Notes under the pieces: generated by a model
The model's input: the letters and a program-made list of their open reading frames with translations, nothing else
The model's database searches: none
Told to the model about the DNA's origin: nothing
Virus record (IMG/VR): IMGVR_UViG_3300028844_006787
Source of the DNA: a virus
Lineage: Duplodnaviria > Caudoviricetes
Length of the DNA: 64,000 bases
Direction: 5' to 3' (one strand)
Translations under genes and position numbers: made by a program
Shown here: in pieces, positions 49,068 through 58,342 of the stretch
Layout of the letters: the number at the start of each line of letters is the position of its first letter
How positions within the stretch are numbered: position 1 is the first letter of the stretch

Positions 49068-49754
49068 TCATTGAAACTTACTTCCTTTCAGATTTCTTAA
49101 ACCAACATAGTGACCTTCATAGTGACCTTGAAATCCACTTACATCTATTGTTTTAAAACTTAGTTTCTGAAAGTTTTGTATTAAAGTACCGTTTTTTACA
49201 TCAAACCACTTTGCACTAAACGATATATCGTCTTTATCACCCGTGGTGGATTCTTCATCGTAAACACACCTAACACTTGAATGCCATAACTGAAAGAAAC
49301 CAATTGGTATTTTGTTGCGTGACGGACGAAATTTCATTTTACGATTAGAACTCATTTCAATTCTTGCTGATGAACGATGTCCATATTCCATAGTTTTCCC
49401 ACGAGTTGTAACTCTATCGCATTTATACATTTTACTTTTATCTTTACACTCAGTTTCACATATTTCACGAAAATTAAATGGAAGTAATTGATCTGCATCT
49501 ATATGAAGCAACCAATCGTTTTTATCAAGAACTTTAAGAGCATCGTTTATTGCACGACCTTTAGCAAACTGAGCATTATCAAATACTCGTTCACTTAAAA
49601 TATAATTAATATCGTTATTCTCACAAACTTTGATTGTTTCTGTATCACTTTCGTGGGTTGCAATTACCCAATTATCAAGTCTTTGATTGTTTGTTACTAT
49701 CTTTTTAAGTTTGTCGGCAAAATCTATACAAACGGTTACTGCTTCAATCTTCAT
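49068..49754 (-). CDS. GT2-like (GT-A) glycosyltransferase (start revised to MKIEAV)
   Basis: AVTVCIDFAD, FAKGRAIN, WLLHIDAD (DxD), GFFQLWH. Confidence 0.75.
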   Translation of the reverse strand: MKIEAVTVCIDFADKLKKIVTNNQRLDNWVIATHESDTETIKVCENNDINYILSERVFDNAQFAKGRAINDALKVLDKNDWLLHIDADQLLPFNFREICETECKDKSKMYKCDRVTTRGKTMEYGHRSSARIEMSSNRKMKFRPSRNKIPIGFFQLWHSSVRCVYDEESTTGDKDDISFSAKWFDVKNGTLIQNFQKLSFKTIDVSGFQGHYEGHYVGLRNLKGSKFQ

Positions 49755-51306
49755 TTGCAATCTCCGAAATTGCAACTAAATCAAGTTTACCTGAAGCAAG
49801 CACAGGAATTTTATCTATAAGTTTATGTATTTTTGGTGTCCATAGATTACCAAACTTTTCTGATAATGATTTGCTAATATGCTCAAGAGAGATTGGTGAT
49901 GATGTAATAACCACAAGTTGCTCACCTTTGCTTTCGTGTGGAATACCTGTAACTGCAACTTTAATATCATCTTCTTCGTTCCAATTCATTAAATTGATTA
50001 TTTCATGCTCAATCGTTTCGTGTGGAATCATTTCTCCACCTATTTTACTGAATCTTGATAAACGACCTTCTATATGCAAATATCCACCTTCATCTATGCG
50101 ACCTATGTCACCTGTAATCAACCATCCGTCTTTTAATACTTCTTGTGTTTTTTCTCTATCATTTAAATACCCACCGAATATATTAGGACCACGAAAGCAC
50201 AATAATCCTGCATCTAGTCTTTTTAATGGTTCACCGGTTTCTGGTGATATTGTTTTTACAAAAATGTCAGGTAACAATCTTCCTACACTTCCGTGCTTTA
50301 CTTTGTATTTAGGAGAGTTTATAGATATTACAGGTGATGCTTCGGTAAGACCATATCCTTCAAGATACACGCAACTTGCGATATTCTCCCAATGCGATAT
50401 AAATTCTAGTTTACTTTTTTCTGCTCCTGCAATTACATACTCTAAACTATTCAATTTACGACTTGAACCTTTTTTTAGATATCCTCTTAAAAATGTAGGA
50501 GTTCCAAGAAGCACCGTTACCGATTCGTTTTCTATTGCAAGAAGTGTTTTGTTTATTTCCAATGGACTTGGTACTGTAACTATTTTAATGTTGTTTAGTA
50601 TGCTAAACCACATAGTAATCGTAAATCCAAAACTATGAAACAATGGTAAATTCGCAAGTATCTTGGAATGCTCAGGAAATTCGTGTATTTGTGATATTCC
50701 TTTTATGTTACTTCGTATATTATCGTGACTAAGCATTACACCTTTTGGTTTGCCACTGCTTCCACTTGTAAATAACAATGCAAGTTCTTCGTTGGTAGCA
50801 TACTGAGGAATATTCAATAGATATTTTGATATGTTTTTTGGTAGCGAATGAATAAACGCATATTTTAAACACAATAGTTTATTTGCTTTATATGATTTAA
50901 GTAGTGTATCAATATTAATGGCATTTTCCCACGGAAAATCTCCAAACTTTTCTCGCATCTTTGAAACGGTTAATATGCATCTTGTTCCTGAAAGTTGTAT
51001 ACAATGCTGATTGATTTCCGAAGACAACGAAAAGTTCATATTAACAGGAATCTTATTCGCAAGAACAACTGCAATATTTGCAATCATTCCAATGCCACTA
51101 CTCGGAATTGCAATGCCAATGCGTTCACACGTTTCTTTTTTAAGTCTTTTAGCAAGAGCAGATGCCATTACTAGCATTTGAAACTTGTTTATTCGTATAG
51201 GTTTATCAAGACTATAATCAACTAAATACTCGGATTTAGCATCATTTCTCAACGAATCATATACATCATTGGCAAAGTGTTTCACACTTATAACTGTATT
51301 GTACAT
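49744..51306 (-). CDS. aas: Aas-type acyl-[ACP] synthetase / AMP-binding domain, without acyltransferase domain
   Basis: LLFTSGSSGKPKGV, LPLFHSFG, GTPTFL, EGYGLTEASP, TGDIG, GRLSRFSKIGGEM, SGKLD. Confidence 0.85.
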   Translation of the reverse strand: MYNTVISVKHFANDVYDSLRNDAKSEYLVDYSLDKPIRINKFQMLVMASALAKRLKKETCERIGIAIPSSGIGMIANIAVVLANKIPVNMNFSLSSEINQHCIQLSGTRCILTVSKMREKFGDFPWENAINIDTLLKSYKANKLLCLKYAFIHSLPKNISKYLLNIPQYATNEELALLFTSGSSGKPKGVMLSHDNIRSNIKGISQIHEFPEHSKILANLPLFHSFGFTITMWFSILNNIKIVTVPSPLEINKTLLAIENESVTVLLGTPTFLRGYLKKGSSRKLNSLEYVIAGAEKSKLEFISHWENIASCVYLEGYGLTEASPVISINSPKYKVKHGSVGRLLPDIFVKTISPETGEPLKRLDAGLLCFRGPNIFGGYLNDREKTQEVLKDGWLITGDIGRIDEGGYLHIEGRLSRFSKIGGEMIPHETIEHEIINLMNWNEEDDIKVAVTGIPHESKGEQLVVITSSPISLEHISKSLSEKFGNLWTPKIHKLIDKIPVLASGKLDLVAISEIANED

Positions 51307-51332
51307 AAGAAAAACGCAGTTTTTGCTTTATA

Positions 51333-52616
51333 TTAAGCAAGTATCTTATTGATTATTTTACCATCGTGGGCAACCTTGAACGGACGACCACTTGGTGAAT
51401 AATGAGTTTTTTCTAATCTTAAACCAAGAGTATGAGCAATCGTCGCATTAAGGTCTTCTACGGATGCTCCTTCTTCTTCTATATAGTGTGCCCGTTTATC
51501 ACTAACTCCATATACACTTCCACCTTTAATGCCCCCTCCTGCAAGCAATGCACTAAATGCAGTAGGATGATGATCACGACCTACACGACCTGCTTTAACT
51601 TCAGGTGTTCTTCCGAATTCACTAGCAACAACAACCATTGTATCGTTTAGTTTGCCCCGTCTATCTAAATCCAATAATAATGCTGATAATCCTTGGTCAA
51701 GTGTAGCACCACGTGTTGCCATTCCACCGAATACATCATTGTGCATATCCCAACCACCAAGTTGTACTTCAACGAAACGTACACCGGTTTCCACCAAACG
51801 ACGTGCAAGCAAGCATCCTTGTCCAAAGTTATTGTCTCCATACAACTCACGTGTTGCTTCAGTTTCTTCACTTAAATCAAATGCTTTTAGATCGTTGCTA
51901 CTCATTAATTTTACAGCATCGTTATATAAATCAGTATAAGCACGAACTTGCTTTTGTGAATATTCATTCAAAAACATTTTGTTGAACTCTTTTGCAGTTG
52001 TTAAACGATCATCATAAAGATTCTGCTCAAGATAATCTGCTACACGTGAGTTTTGAATTCCACTACCAGGACGACCGATGGGAAGTGGTCCATGTTTGCT
52101 TTCAAGAAATCCTGCACCAAGAACATCACTTCCTCCGTTGATGCGTACATGAGCAGGAAGAGTTGCATTTAATTTACCTGATAAATGACTTACCCAACTA
52201 CCTAAAGTTGGATGTTTGATTGTTCCTCTGCGTTGATATGATGTATGAAGCAAGTAATTTGCTTGTTGGTGTGCTCCTTGATTACTTGTTAAACTACGAA
52301 TCAAAGAAGCATTGTGCATTTGCTTTGCAGTATTCGGCAACCAATGTCCTAATTGAATTCCATCGGCACTTGTTGAAATCGCAGTTGTTTCACCCATTAC
52401 ATCAGGATTCTCAGGTTTAGGATCAAATGTATCTACATGAGTCATTCCACCTGACATATACAAAAAGATTACATGACGAGCAGTAGGTACTTTTCCAGGT
52501 ACCTCAAACGCAAGTAAATCTTCCGTACTTAAAATAGCACCAACTCCTAAACAAGTTTTTGCTATTCCTTTAATAAAACTTCTTCTTGATAATTCGTCTT
52601 TTAATAGATTTTCCAT
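51333..52616 (-). CDS. DUF1501 family protein with Tat signal
   Basis: SRRSFIK twin-Arg; IFLYMSGGMTHVDTFDPK, FGQGCLLARRLVETGVRFVEV, GWDMH, EFGRTP, GRDH. Confidence 0.93.
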   Translation of the reverse strand: MENLLKDELSRRSFIKGIAKTCLGVGAILSTEDLLAFEVPGKVPTARHVIFLYMSGGMTHVDTFDPKPENPDVMGETTAISTSADGIQLGHWLPNTAKQMHNASLIRSLTSNQGAHQQANYLLHTSYQRRGTIKHPTLGSWVSHLSGKLNATLPAHVRINGGSDVLGAGFLESKHGPLPIGRPGSGIQNSRVADYLEQNLYDDRLTTAKEFNKMFLNEYSQKQVRAYTDLYNDAVKLMSSNDLKAFDLSEETEATRELYGDNNFGQGCLLARRLVETGVRFVEVQLGGWDMHNDVFGGMATRGATLDQGLSALLLDLDRRGKLNDTMVVVASEFGRTPEVKAGRVGRDHHPTAFSALLAGGGIKGGSVYGVSDKRAHYIEEEGASVEDLNATIAHTLGLRLEKTHYSPSGRPFKVAHDGKIINKILA

Positions 52617-52640
52617 GATATTTCTTTCTTTATAAGTATT

Positions 52641-54764
52641 TTATCGTATAAAAATGAATTCGTGTGAGTTCATAAGAATCCACGCAACGTGTCTTGCTCC
52701 GTTTGGTTCATCTATATACTTTTTGAGTAAACGCAGTTCGGCACTATTTGGTTTGCGATTTAGTATACTCATAAAAATGTCCTCAATTTTTCCTGTTTCA
52801 CGTTTTTCTTGTGCCATTTGTTTCATAAAGTCTGCGTTTTTGTTATTGATAATACGTTTTTCCACGAAACCATTCAGCAGATTAAGAACCTGTGGTGTTG
52901 TTGCTTCAAAGTTTGAGTTTTCAATAAGTGCTTTGTCACTTCCACCAAACTGACGAATAAGATGCCCACCAGGAGCAGGATAACCCACATAACTGCTTCT
53001 TATTAAATCACGATCTTTTAATTTCTTTGCTTCGTATTTACCTTCTGCTTCATTTAATTGCTGAACCACATCCGCAAGATTACGACTTGGTTTTTCTGTG
53101 TTTGCTAGATACTCTTTAAGTTCCGCAAAAATGTCACTTGCGTTTTGATCTTTGTAACGATCATAAACTGCTTGATACTTTTCATCGTAATTGCTCGGAA
53201 ATCGTTCAGGTGAATCAATATCATTATATACCAATGTTACCAATGAATCCCAAATTTGTTCTCCTGTCATTCTTTGAAGAGGAGGTCCTGCAAAGTAAAA
53301 TGTTTCGGGACTTGCATAATCATCTTTAACACTATCACGTGTAAATAAATCCATGCTATAAAGAACCCTCATAAATTCTTTTACATCATAATCAACCGAT
53401 GCCATAATTTTCTCAAGATAACTAAGTAGTTTCGGATTGCTTGACTCGGTGTTGTCGTTCATATCATCCACGGGTTCAATCAATCCAATTCCAAATGCTC
53501 GTTTCCATAAACGATTCACAATAACAGTAGTAAATCGTGGATTTGCTTCTGATGTAATCCATTCCGCAAATTGTTTGCGACTTTTAGGTAAATCAGTTCC
53601 TTGCTCAATTTTCAATGGTGGTGCAAATATTGCTTTCGCATGAAGTGTATCACCAGGTTTAGCATCATCTTCCATAAACGAATCATTAAGTTTGATTGTT
53701 CCTTTTCCAAGTTCATCGTCTAGTCCGTATCCAAGAATATCACGAATATAATTTCGATATTGTTGTAGTGTGTTATTTTCCGGTGATGTATCTTGACGAA
53801 CAAGACGATTAAATTCATTTACCAATTTAGAGTTTTCTTTGTATTGAACACGACTAACTCCGTCTGTGAATGCGGCCATTTCATAAAACTGCTTTTGTGT
53901 CCATTTATCAAATGGATGATTATGACACATAGCACATTCTAAACGAGTTCCAAGAAACACTTGTACCGTGTTTGCAAGGTTATCTAATGGCATACCACGA
54001 TCACGAAGATAAAAACCTATTGCTTCGTTGCCTGGTTCATAATAAGCACCTTCTGATGCAATTAGTTTTTGCACGAACTCATCAAACGGAGTATTATTGC
54101 GAATTTCATTGCGAACAAACTCACGATAACGAAATCCACTATTAATGTTTGTATCATTAAGTTTGTTTTGAATACGAAGAATATCACTATAATAATTCAA
54201 CTGATGACTAATATAACCTTCACTATTCAACAACTTATTGATTAGTTTGAGTTTATTTCCACGCATTTCATTTTTAAATTCATCTATTTCAGATTTACCA
54301 GGAATCCTACCTATTATTTTAAGATATGCTCTACGCATAAATGTATAATCATCAGTATCACGAGTTGGTCTTTGACGTTCACTACGAAGTTTCTCAAGAA
54401 CCAACGCATCTGCATAAGCCGCAAACTGCTTGATTTGCTTTTCTTTTAGTGGTCTTTCTAATTTAGGCACATTGTAATCTGCCGTCATATAATCATCTTT
54501 GATCATGCGTTGCGAAACTAAAGCAAGAGCATTTACATTTAAACGAAACAACTGCAAATCACCTTCTCGTTGAAACAATACAGATTCTCCGTCAAACTCG
54601 ATAACTTTACCGGTTTGCTCCTTTCCGTTGGCACTAATAATCGTAACTATCTTTCTTTCCTGAGATAGTTCATCAAGTTTATCTTTGTCAATTCTACTAC
54701 CCGACTCTGAATATACTGGAACACAAATCAATAGCAATGTTGCTATAAACGTAATATATTTCAT
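52641..54764 (-). CDS. DUF1549 (PSCyt2) + DUF1553 (PSD1) protein, secreted, with N-terminal SHD1-like domain
   Basis: FMRRAYLKIIGRIP, FLGTRLECAMCHNHPFDKWTQKQFY (CxxCH), NRLWKRAFGIGLIEPVDD, RMTGEQIWDS, W.LMNSHEF. Confidence 0.93.
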   Translation of the reverse strand: MKYITFIATLLLICVPVYSESGSRIDKDKLDELSQERKIVTIISANGKEQTGKVIEFDGESVLFQREGDLQLFRLNVNALALVSQRMIKDDYMTADYNVPKLERPLKEKQIKQFAAYADALVLEKLRSERQRPTRDTDDYTFMRRAYLKIIGRIPGKSEIDEFKNEMRGNKLKLINKLLNSEGYISHQLNYYSDILRIQNKLNDTNINSGFRYREFVRNEIRNNTPFDEFVQKLIASEGAYYEPGNEAIGFYLRDRGMPLDNLANTVQVFLGTRLECAMCHNHPFDKWTQKQFYEMAAFTDGVSRVQYKENSKLVNEFNRLVRQDTSPENNTLQQYRNYIRDILGYGLDDELGKGTIKLNDSFMEDDAKPGDTLHAKAIFAPPLKIEQGTDLPKSRKQFAEWITSEANPRFTTVIVNRLWKRAFGIGLIEPVDDMNDNTESSNPKLLSYLEKIMASVDYDVKEFMRVLYSMDLFTRDSVKDDYASPETFYFAGPPLQRMTGEQIWDSLVTLVYNDIDSPERFPSNYDEKYQAVYDRYKDQNASDIFAELKEYLANTEKPSRNLADVVQQLNEAEGKYEAKKLKDRDLIRSSYVGYPAPGGHLIRQFGGSDKALIENSNFEATTPQVLNLLNGFVEKRIINNKNADFMKQMAQEKRETGKIEDIFMSILNRKPNSAELRLLKKYIDEPNGARHVAWILMNSHEFIFIR

Positions 54765-54840
54765 CTTAATAAGTTATAATACCATAAATATATACAATTA
54801 TGACTTATTTTGCAACTTTTTTTGTTGCGTTACGACATTT

Positions 54841-55902
54841 TTACTTGAATTCTTTTTTAATTTTTGCTTCAGATGGATTTCTTAACTTTTTTCCGTTCGG
54901 TAAAACTACATTATGAAATGTCGTGGGATACCGATAAAAAGGTTTTCCATAAACACTATAACTTAATACAATAGAATTCTGAATAGTGAACTTACTTCCA
55001 TCTTCAAACTCAAATGACATTGTGTTGCGATTATGATTTCCGTCAACATTTACACCAATGCCACGACCACCAACAATCACACTAAGTTTCATTTTCATTT
55101 TGTAAACAAACTTTTCAACACCTTCTTTGGCATTTTGTTTTGCAGTATCTTTTAATATCTTTTTGTAATCTGATTTAAGTGTATACGCATATCCACCTCG
55201 TTCGTTACTATCATACTTGTTATCAAGAAAACGATTTAATATTTTGTTAAGATGATAATTTGATTTAGATTTATATAAATCGTAAGTGCTTGTGACTTTA
55301 TGCTTTTTTGCATCTTTTTGATATTGATCAATGATCATTTCATAATAATCTTCAAAGTTTTCTTGCAACTCTTTTTCAAATCCTTTACCGATTTTTTCAA
55401 GTTCTTCTTCAATTTCTTTGCTAATAGCACCTTTAGGTATACTTGGTTTATTTGATCCCACACCAATCTGACGTTTAACAACATCATTTTTCATTGCTTT
55501 TAAAGTAATCGCAATTTTTTCCCAAGGTTCACACGCAGTCATTGCATCTTTAACCATCTTACTTGCTCTAGGACCTCTGATTGTTCTTTTAAGTTGCTTT
55601 GCAGTTCTTTTAAGATATCCGGGAACATGAAGAACACTATTCGGAAAAGAATATTTGTATTCTTCTGTTTCACCTGCTTCTTTTTGTGCATTCCAAACCG
55701 TAAATTCGTTTGCTCCACTTAACCTAGATCCATTCGTTGCAATATCAAATGCACGTGAAACATCACTTTTGATTTTCTGAAATTGTGGATTTGGAATTTT
55801 TTGTCCTGATTTCCAATTCTGAACAAACTCTATCGAGTCTTTGTGTTTTGCATCAACCGTTTGAGATAATCGTATCTCGTTAACTATTCTCATGTATCTC
55901 AT
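54841..55902 (-). CDS. hypothetical early protein (353 aa)
   Basis: Leaderless after promoter 55912-55940; no motif recognised with confidence. Confidence 0.75.
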   Translation of the reverse strand: MRYMRIVNEIRLSQTVDAKHKDSIEFVQNWKSGQKIPNPQFQKIKSDVSRAFDIATNGSRLSGANEFTVWNAQKEAGETEEYKYSFPNSVLHVPGYLKRTAKQLKRTIRGPRASKMVKDAMTACEPWEKIAITLKAMKNDVVKRQIGVGSNKPSIPKGAISKEIEEELEKIGKGFEKELQENFEDYYEMIIDQYQKDAKKHKVTSTYDLYKSKSNYHLNKILNRFLDNKYDSNERGGYAYTLKSDYKKILKDTAKQNAKEGVEKFVYKMKMKLSVIVGGRGIGVNVDGNHNRNTMSFEFEDGSKFTIQNSIVLSYSVYGKPFYRYPTTFHNVVLPNGKKLRNPSEAKIKKEFK

Positions 55903-55911
55903 TCTTTATAT

Positions 55912-55940
55912 AATCTAGCAAAATTATTATAAAAAGTCAA
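55912..55940 (-). promoter_or_regulatory. conserved early promoter copy
   Basis: TTGACT-TTTTATAATAATTTTGC-TAGATT. Confidence 0.85.
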
Positions 55941-55945
55941 GATAA

Positions 55946-56089
55946 TTATTTGCATTTACAATCAGAGCAATTTATTTTACAAGGTTCGCAATAGCAGTAA
56001 TTATCTCCGTTACATTTCTTAAGAGTTCTTACATTAGAAGTATTGCAACCCAATAAAAATAAAGAAAATATAGCAATTAAGTATTTCAT
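55946..56089 (-). CDS. 47-aa Cys-rich lipoprotein (missing from ORF track)
   Basis: MKYLIAIFSLFLLGC-NTSNVRTLKKCNGDNYCYCEPCKINCSDCKCK; lipobox LLGC; ATGA overlap with upstream gene. Confidence 0.75.
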   Translation of the reverse strand: MKYLIAIFSLFLLGCNTSNVRTLKKCNGDNYCYCEPCKINCSDCKCK

Positions 56090-56802
56090 TTTTTATTAAG
56101 AAGTTTTTCGGAGTTCCATAAATCAGCAGGATTCTGTGCAAGATCAAGAACTTGAATTCTTGCTTTTGTAACTCCATGTTTATCAGTTAAAATTTTTACA
56201 ATCTTTTTTGCTTCTGCGTGAGATTTTGCTTTGGTGTAAAGTAACTCTTCACGTTTTGCTCCTGGTGGTATTCCCCAAATTGGAAACTCTTTTTCAGATT
56301 CGTGTATTCCTCCTGCAGGATTTACATCTAGATCATTAGTCATATCAGAGGCAAGATAATCACGAGCAATATTAAGATAGTCCGCAGATTTGCTTACTTT
56401 ATCCATTAACCAATTTGGTATATCTTCATCGTCATTCATATTCGCAAGCATTTGTAATATGTTTTCTGAATCTTCACACGCAAGTTTAAGTTTTCTTCTA
56501 AGATAAGAAGCATCTCCTTTACCTGAATGATCTTCATTTATATCCTCGGAAAAACTTACTTTTTTATCTTTTGCATTTACAACATAAGTTGTTTGTTTTG
56601 CATTGTGCTTTTTAGCACTTTTTATTGCATCTTTTTGATTTGAAAACTTTTTACGATTGTCATAATCTGTGAACTTATTGTTGTCCCCAAGATACATTTC
56701 ATCGTTTTGTGCATTTGGACGTTTAACAAAAAATTCTGCTTCTGTTAATGCAGATAATTCTTCTCGGACAATTTCTTTGAGTTTTTGCTTTGTAATTTTC
56801 AT
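56086..56802 (-). CDS. leader-bearing three-module protein
   Basis: MKITKQKLKEIVREELSALTE leader; INE and IHE junctions. Confidence 0.8.
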   Translation of the reverse strand: MKITKQKLKEIVREELSALTEAEFFVKRPNAQNDEMYLGDNNKFTDYDNRKKFSNQKDAIKSAKKHNAKQTTYVVNAKDKKVSFSEDINEDHSGKGDASYLRRKLKLACEDSENILQMLANMNDDEDIPNWLMDKVSKSADYLNIARDYLASDMTNDLDVNPAGGIHESEKEFPIWGIPPGAKREELLYTKAKSHAEAKKIVKILTDKHGVTKARIQVLDLAQNPADLWNSEKLLNKK

Positions 56803-57101
56803 TATTTAATTCCATGTTTCACAAGAAACTTTTTTGCAAGAATCACACCACTATGAGGTGTTTCCATTTTGTATCTTTCGGTATTACTTAACTTTTGATA
56901 TGCTCTAAAAACATTTTTAAGTTTATCTACATCATATGAAGTTTCTTTTGATAAATGATCAACAAATTTTTTTTCATTACTATATCGTCTCATATCAAAT
57001 GAAATCTGATTGATAATGAATTGAAAGTCGGTCAATTGCTCATTTAGAACTGCAAATTCCTCTCGGACAATTTGCTTGATTCTGTTTTTGGAAATTTTCA
57101 T
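56802..57101 (-). CDS. leader-bearing single-module protein
   Basis: MKISKNRIKQIVREEFAVLNE; module homologous to C-terminus of 58880..59782. Confidence 0.8.
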   Translation of the reverse strand: MKISKNRIKQIVREEFAVLNEQLTDFQFIINQISFDMRRYSNEKKFVDHLSKETSYDVDKLKNVFRAYQKLSNTERYKMETPHSGVILAKKFLVKHGIK

Positions 57102-57685
57102 CAATGATCTCTTGCTTTCTTACGAAGACGTTTAAGTGCATTAAATACTTCTCCAATTGCAAGACGATCTTGTTCTACAAAATACAATAAATCACAAACT
57201 GCGTGAGTAACTTCACCAGCATATCCTTTTAGTTTATTGTTTTTTGATACTTTGCGGATTGCAGTATGCATATCAAAATACAGTGATTGAAACTCTTTAA
57301 ATTCTGATTTACCGTTTGCTGAACTTTCATCAACGTCTGCTTCACTTATATTAAGTTTTGCTTTGATTGCTTTTTTAAGAATTGTATCACGTTGAGCATC
57401 GTTTTGTGACATCCATACACTATCGTATGTATTGCCATCTCCGTTGTCGTACAAATCTGTATTAAGTTTTTTTGGAAGAATTTTATGAAATAGACGATTG
57501 TTGTAACTATCTTTTCCACCTGCAATTTTAGCAAATACCATACGCAGAGTATTTTTAACAGTTTTGAAATCTGTATCTTTATCAACAAGATTTGCTTTTT
57601 TCATATTATCAAGAATCACAAGTGCGTCTTTTAAAAACTGCTTTTTGTGTTCAGGTGATACTTTTACTTCATTTACTTTTTTCAT
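57101..57685 (-). CDS. two-module protein
   Basis: MKKVNE start; ISE/VDE junction. Confidence 0.75.
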   Translation of the reverse strand: MKKVNEVKVSPEHKKQFLKDALVILDNMKKANLVDKDTDFKTVKNTLRMVFAKIAGGKDSYNNRLFHKILPKKLNTDLYDNGDGNTYDSVWMSQNDAQRDTILKKAIKAKLNISEADVDESSANGKSEFKEFQSLYFDMHTAIRKVSKNNKLKGYAGEVTHAVCDLLYFVEQDRLAIGEVFNALKRLRKKARDH

Positions 57686-57978
57686 TTGTCATCGGGTCCT
57701 ATTGCTAAATGATTTTTGAATATTCCGAAGATTTCATTGCTAGGAATATATCCAGGAAGAAGTTTGCTTAAATCAGTTGCAGACATTCTTTTTTTCTTTT
57801 TTAAATCTTTTTCAAGTTGTTTCATTCCTTTTGAACCAAGATACTCATCTTCCCAATCAAGATTCTTTTTGATGGTGTCAAGAATAGTTTGTGTTGGTAA
57901 GTCCTTGGAAGTATGAGGACGCATTTCGTTGAGTTCCTCACGAACGATTTGTTTAAGTTGTTCTTTTGTAATTTTCAT
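57682..57978 (-). CDS. leader-bearing protein
   Basis: MKITKEQLKQIVREELNE. Confidence 0.8.
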   Translation of the reverse strand: MKITKEQLKQIVREELNEMRPHTSKDLPTQTILDTIKKNLDWEDEYLGSKGMKQLEKDLKKKKRMSATDLSKLLPGYIPSNEIFGIFKNHLAIGPDDK

Positions 57979-57984
57979 TTTAAA

Positions 57985-58342
57985 TTATTTTTTTAAAATA
58001 CTTTCTATTTTGTTGATATAAGTTTTAAGTGTTTTTAAATAAATTTTTGAATCAGTAACTATATTACCTGTTGGTTTAAATTTAAAAGTTTTACTGAAAA
58101 CTACATTACCATCTTCATCGTTTACTTGAATTGGTATTACTTCTTGTCCGTCCCATCCTAGTGTGGCATAAATTGTACAATCAGGAAACTTTGGATTTTC
58201 CCATGCCCAACTTCCACTCATTCCTTCTACTTCGAGTTTCCAACCCATAAGATTTACTCGTTTTTGTAAAAGAAATTTTTTAAGATTTACATTATCTACT
58301 TCTTCACGAATAATTTCTTTTAATCTGTTTTTTGAAATTTTC
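57985..58342 (-). CDS. leader-bearing protein (ORF track 57985..58344)
   Basis: MKISKNRLKEIIREEV. Confidence 0.75.

Noticed and set aside
49871-50638. 255-aa + strand ORF, and the many other short + strand ORFs opposite long - strand genes
   Set aside because: Antisense shadows of well-supported genes, with no motifs or start signals.
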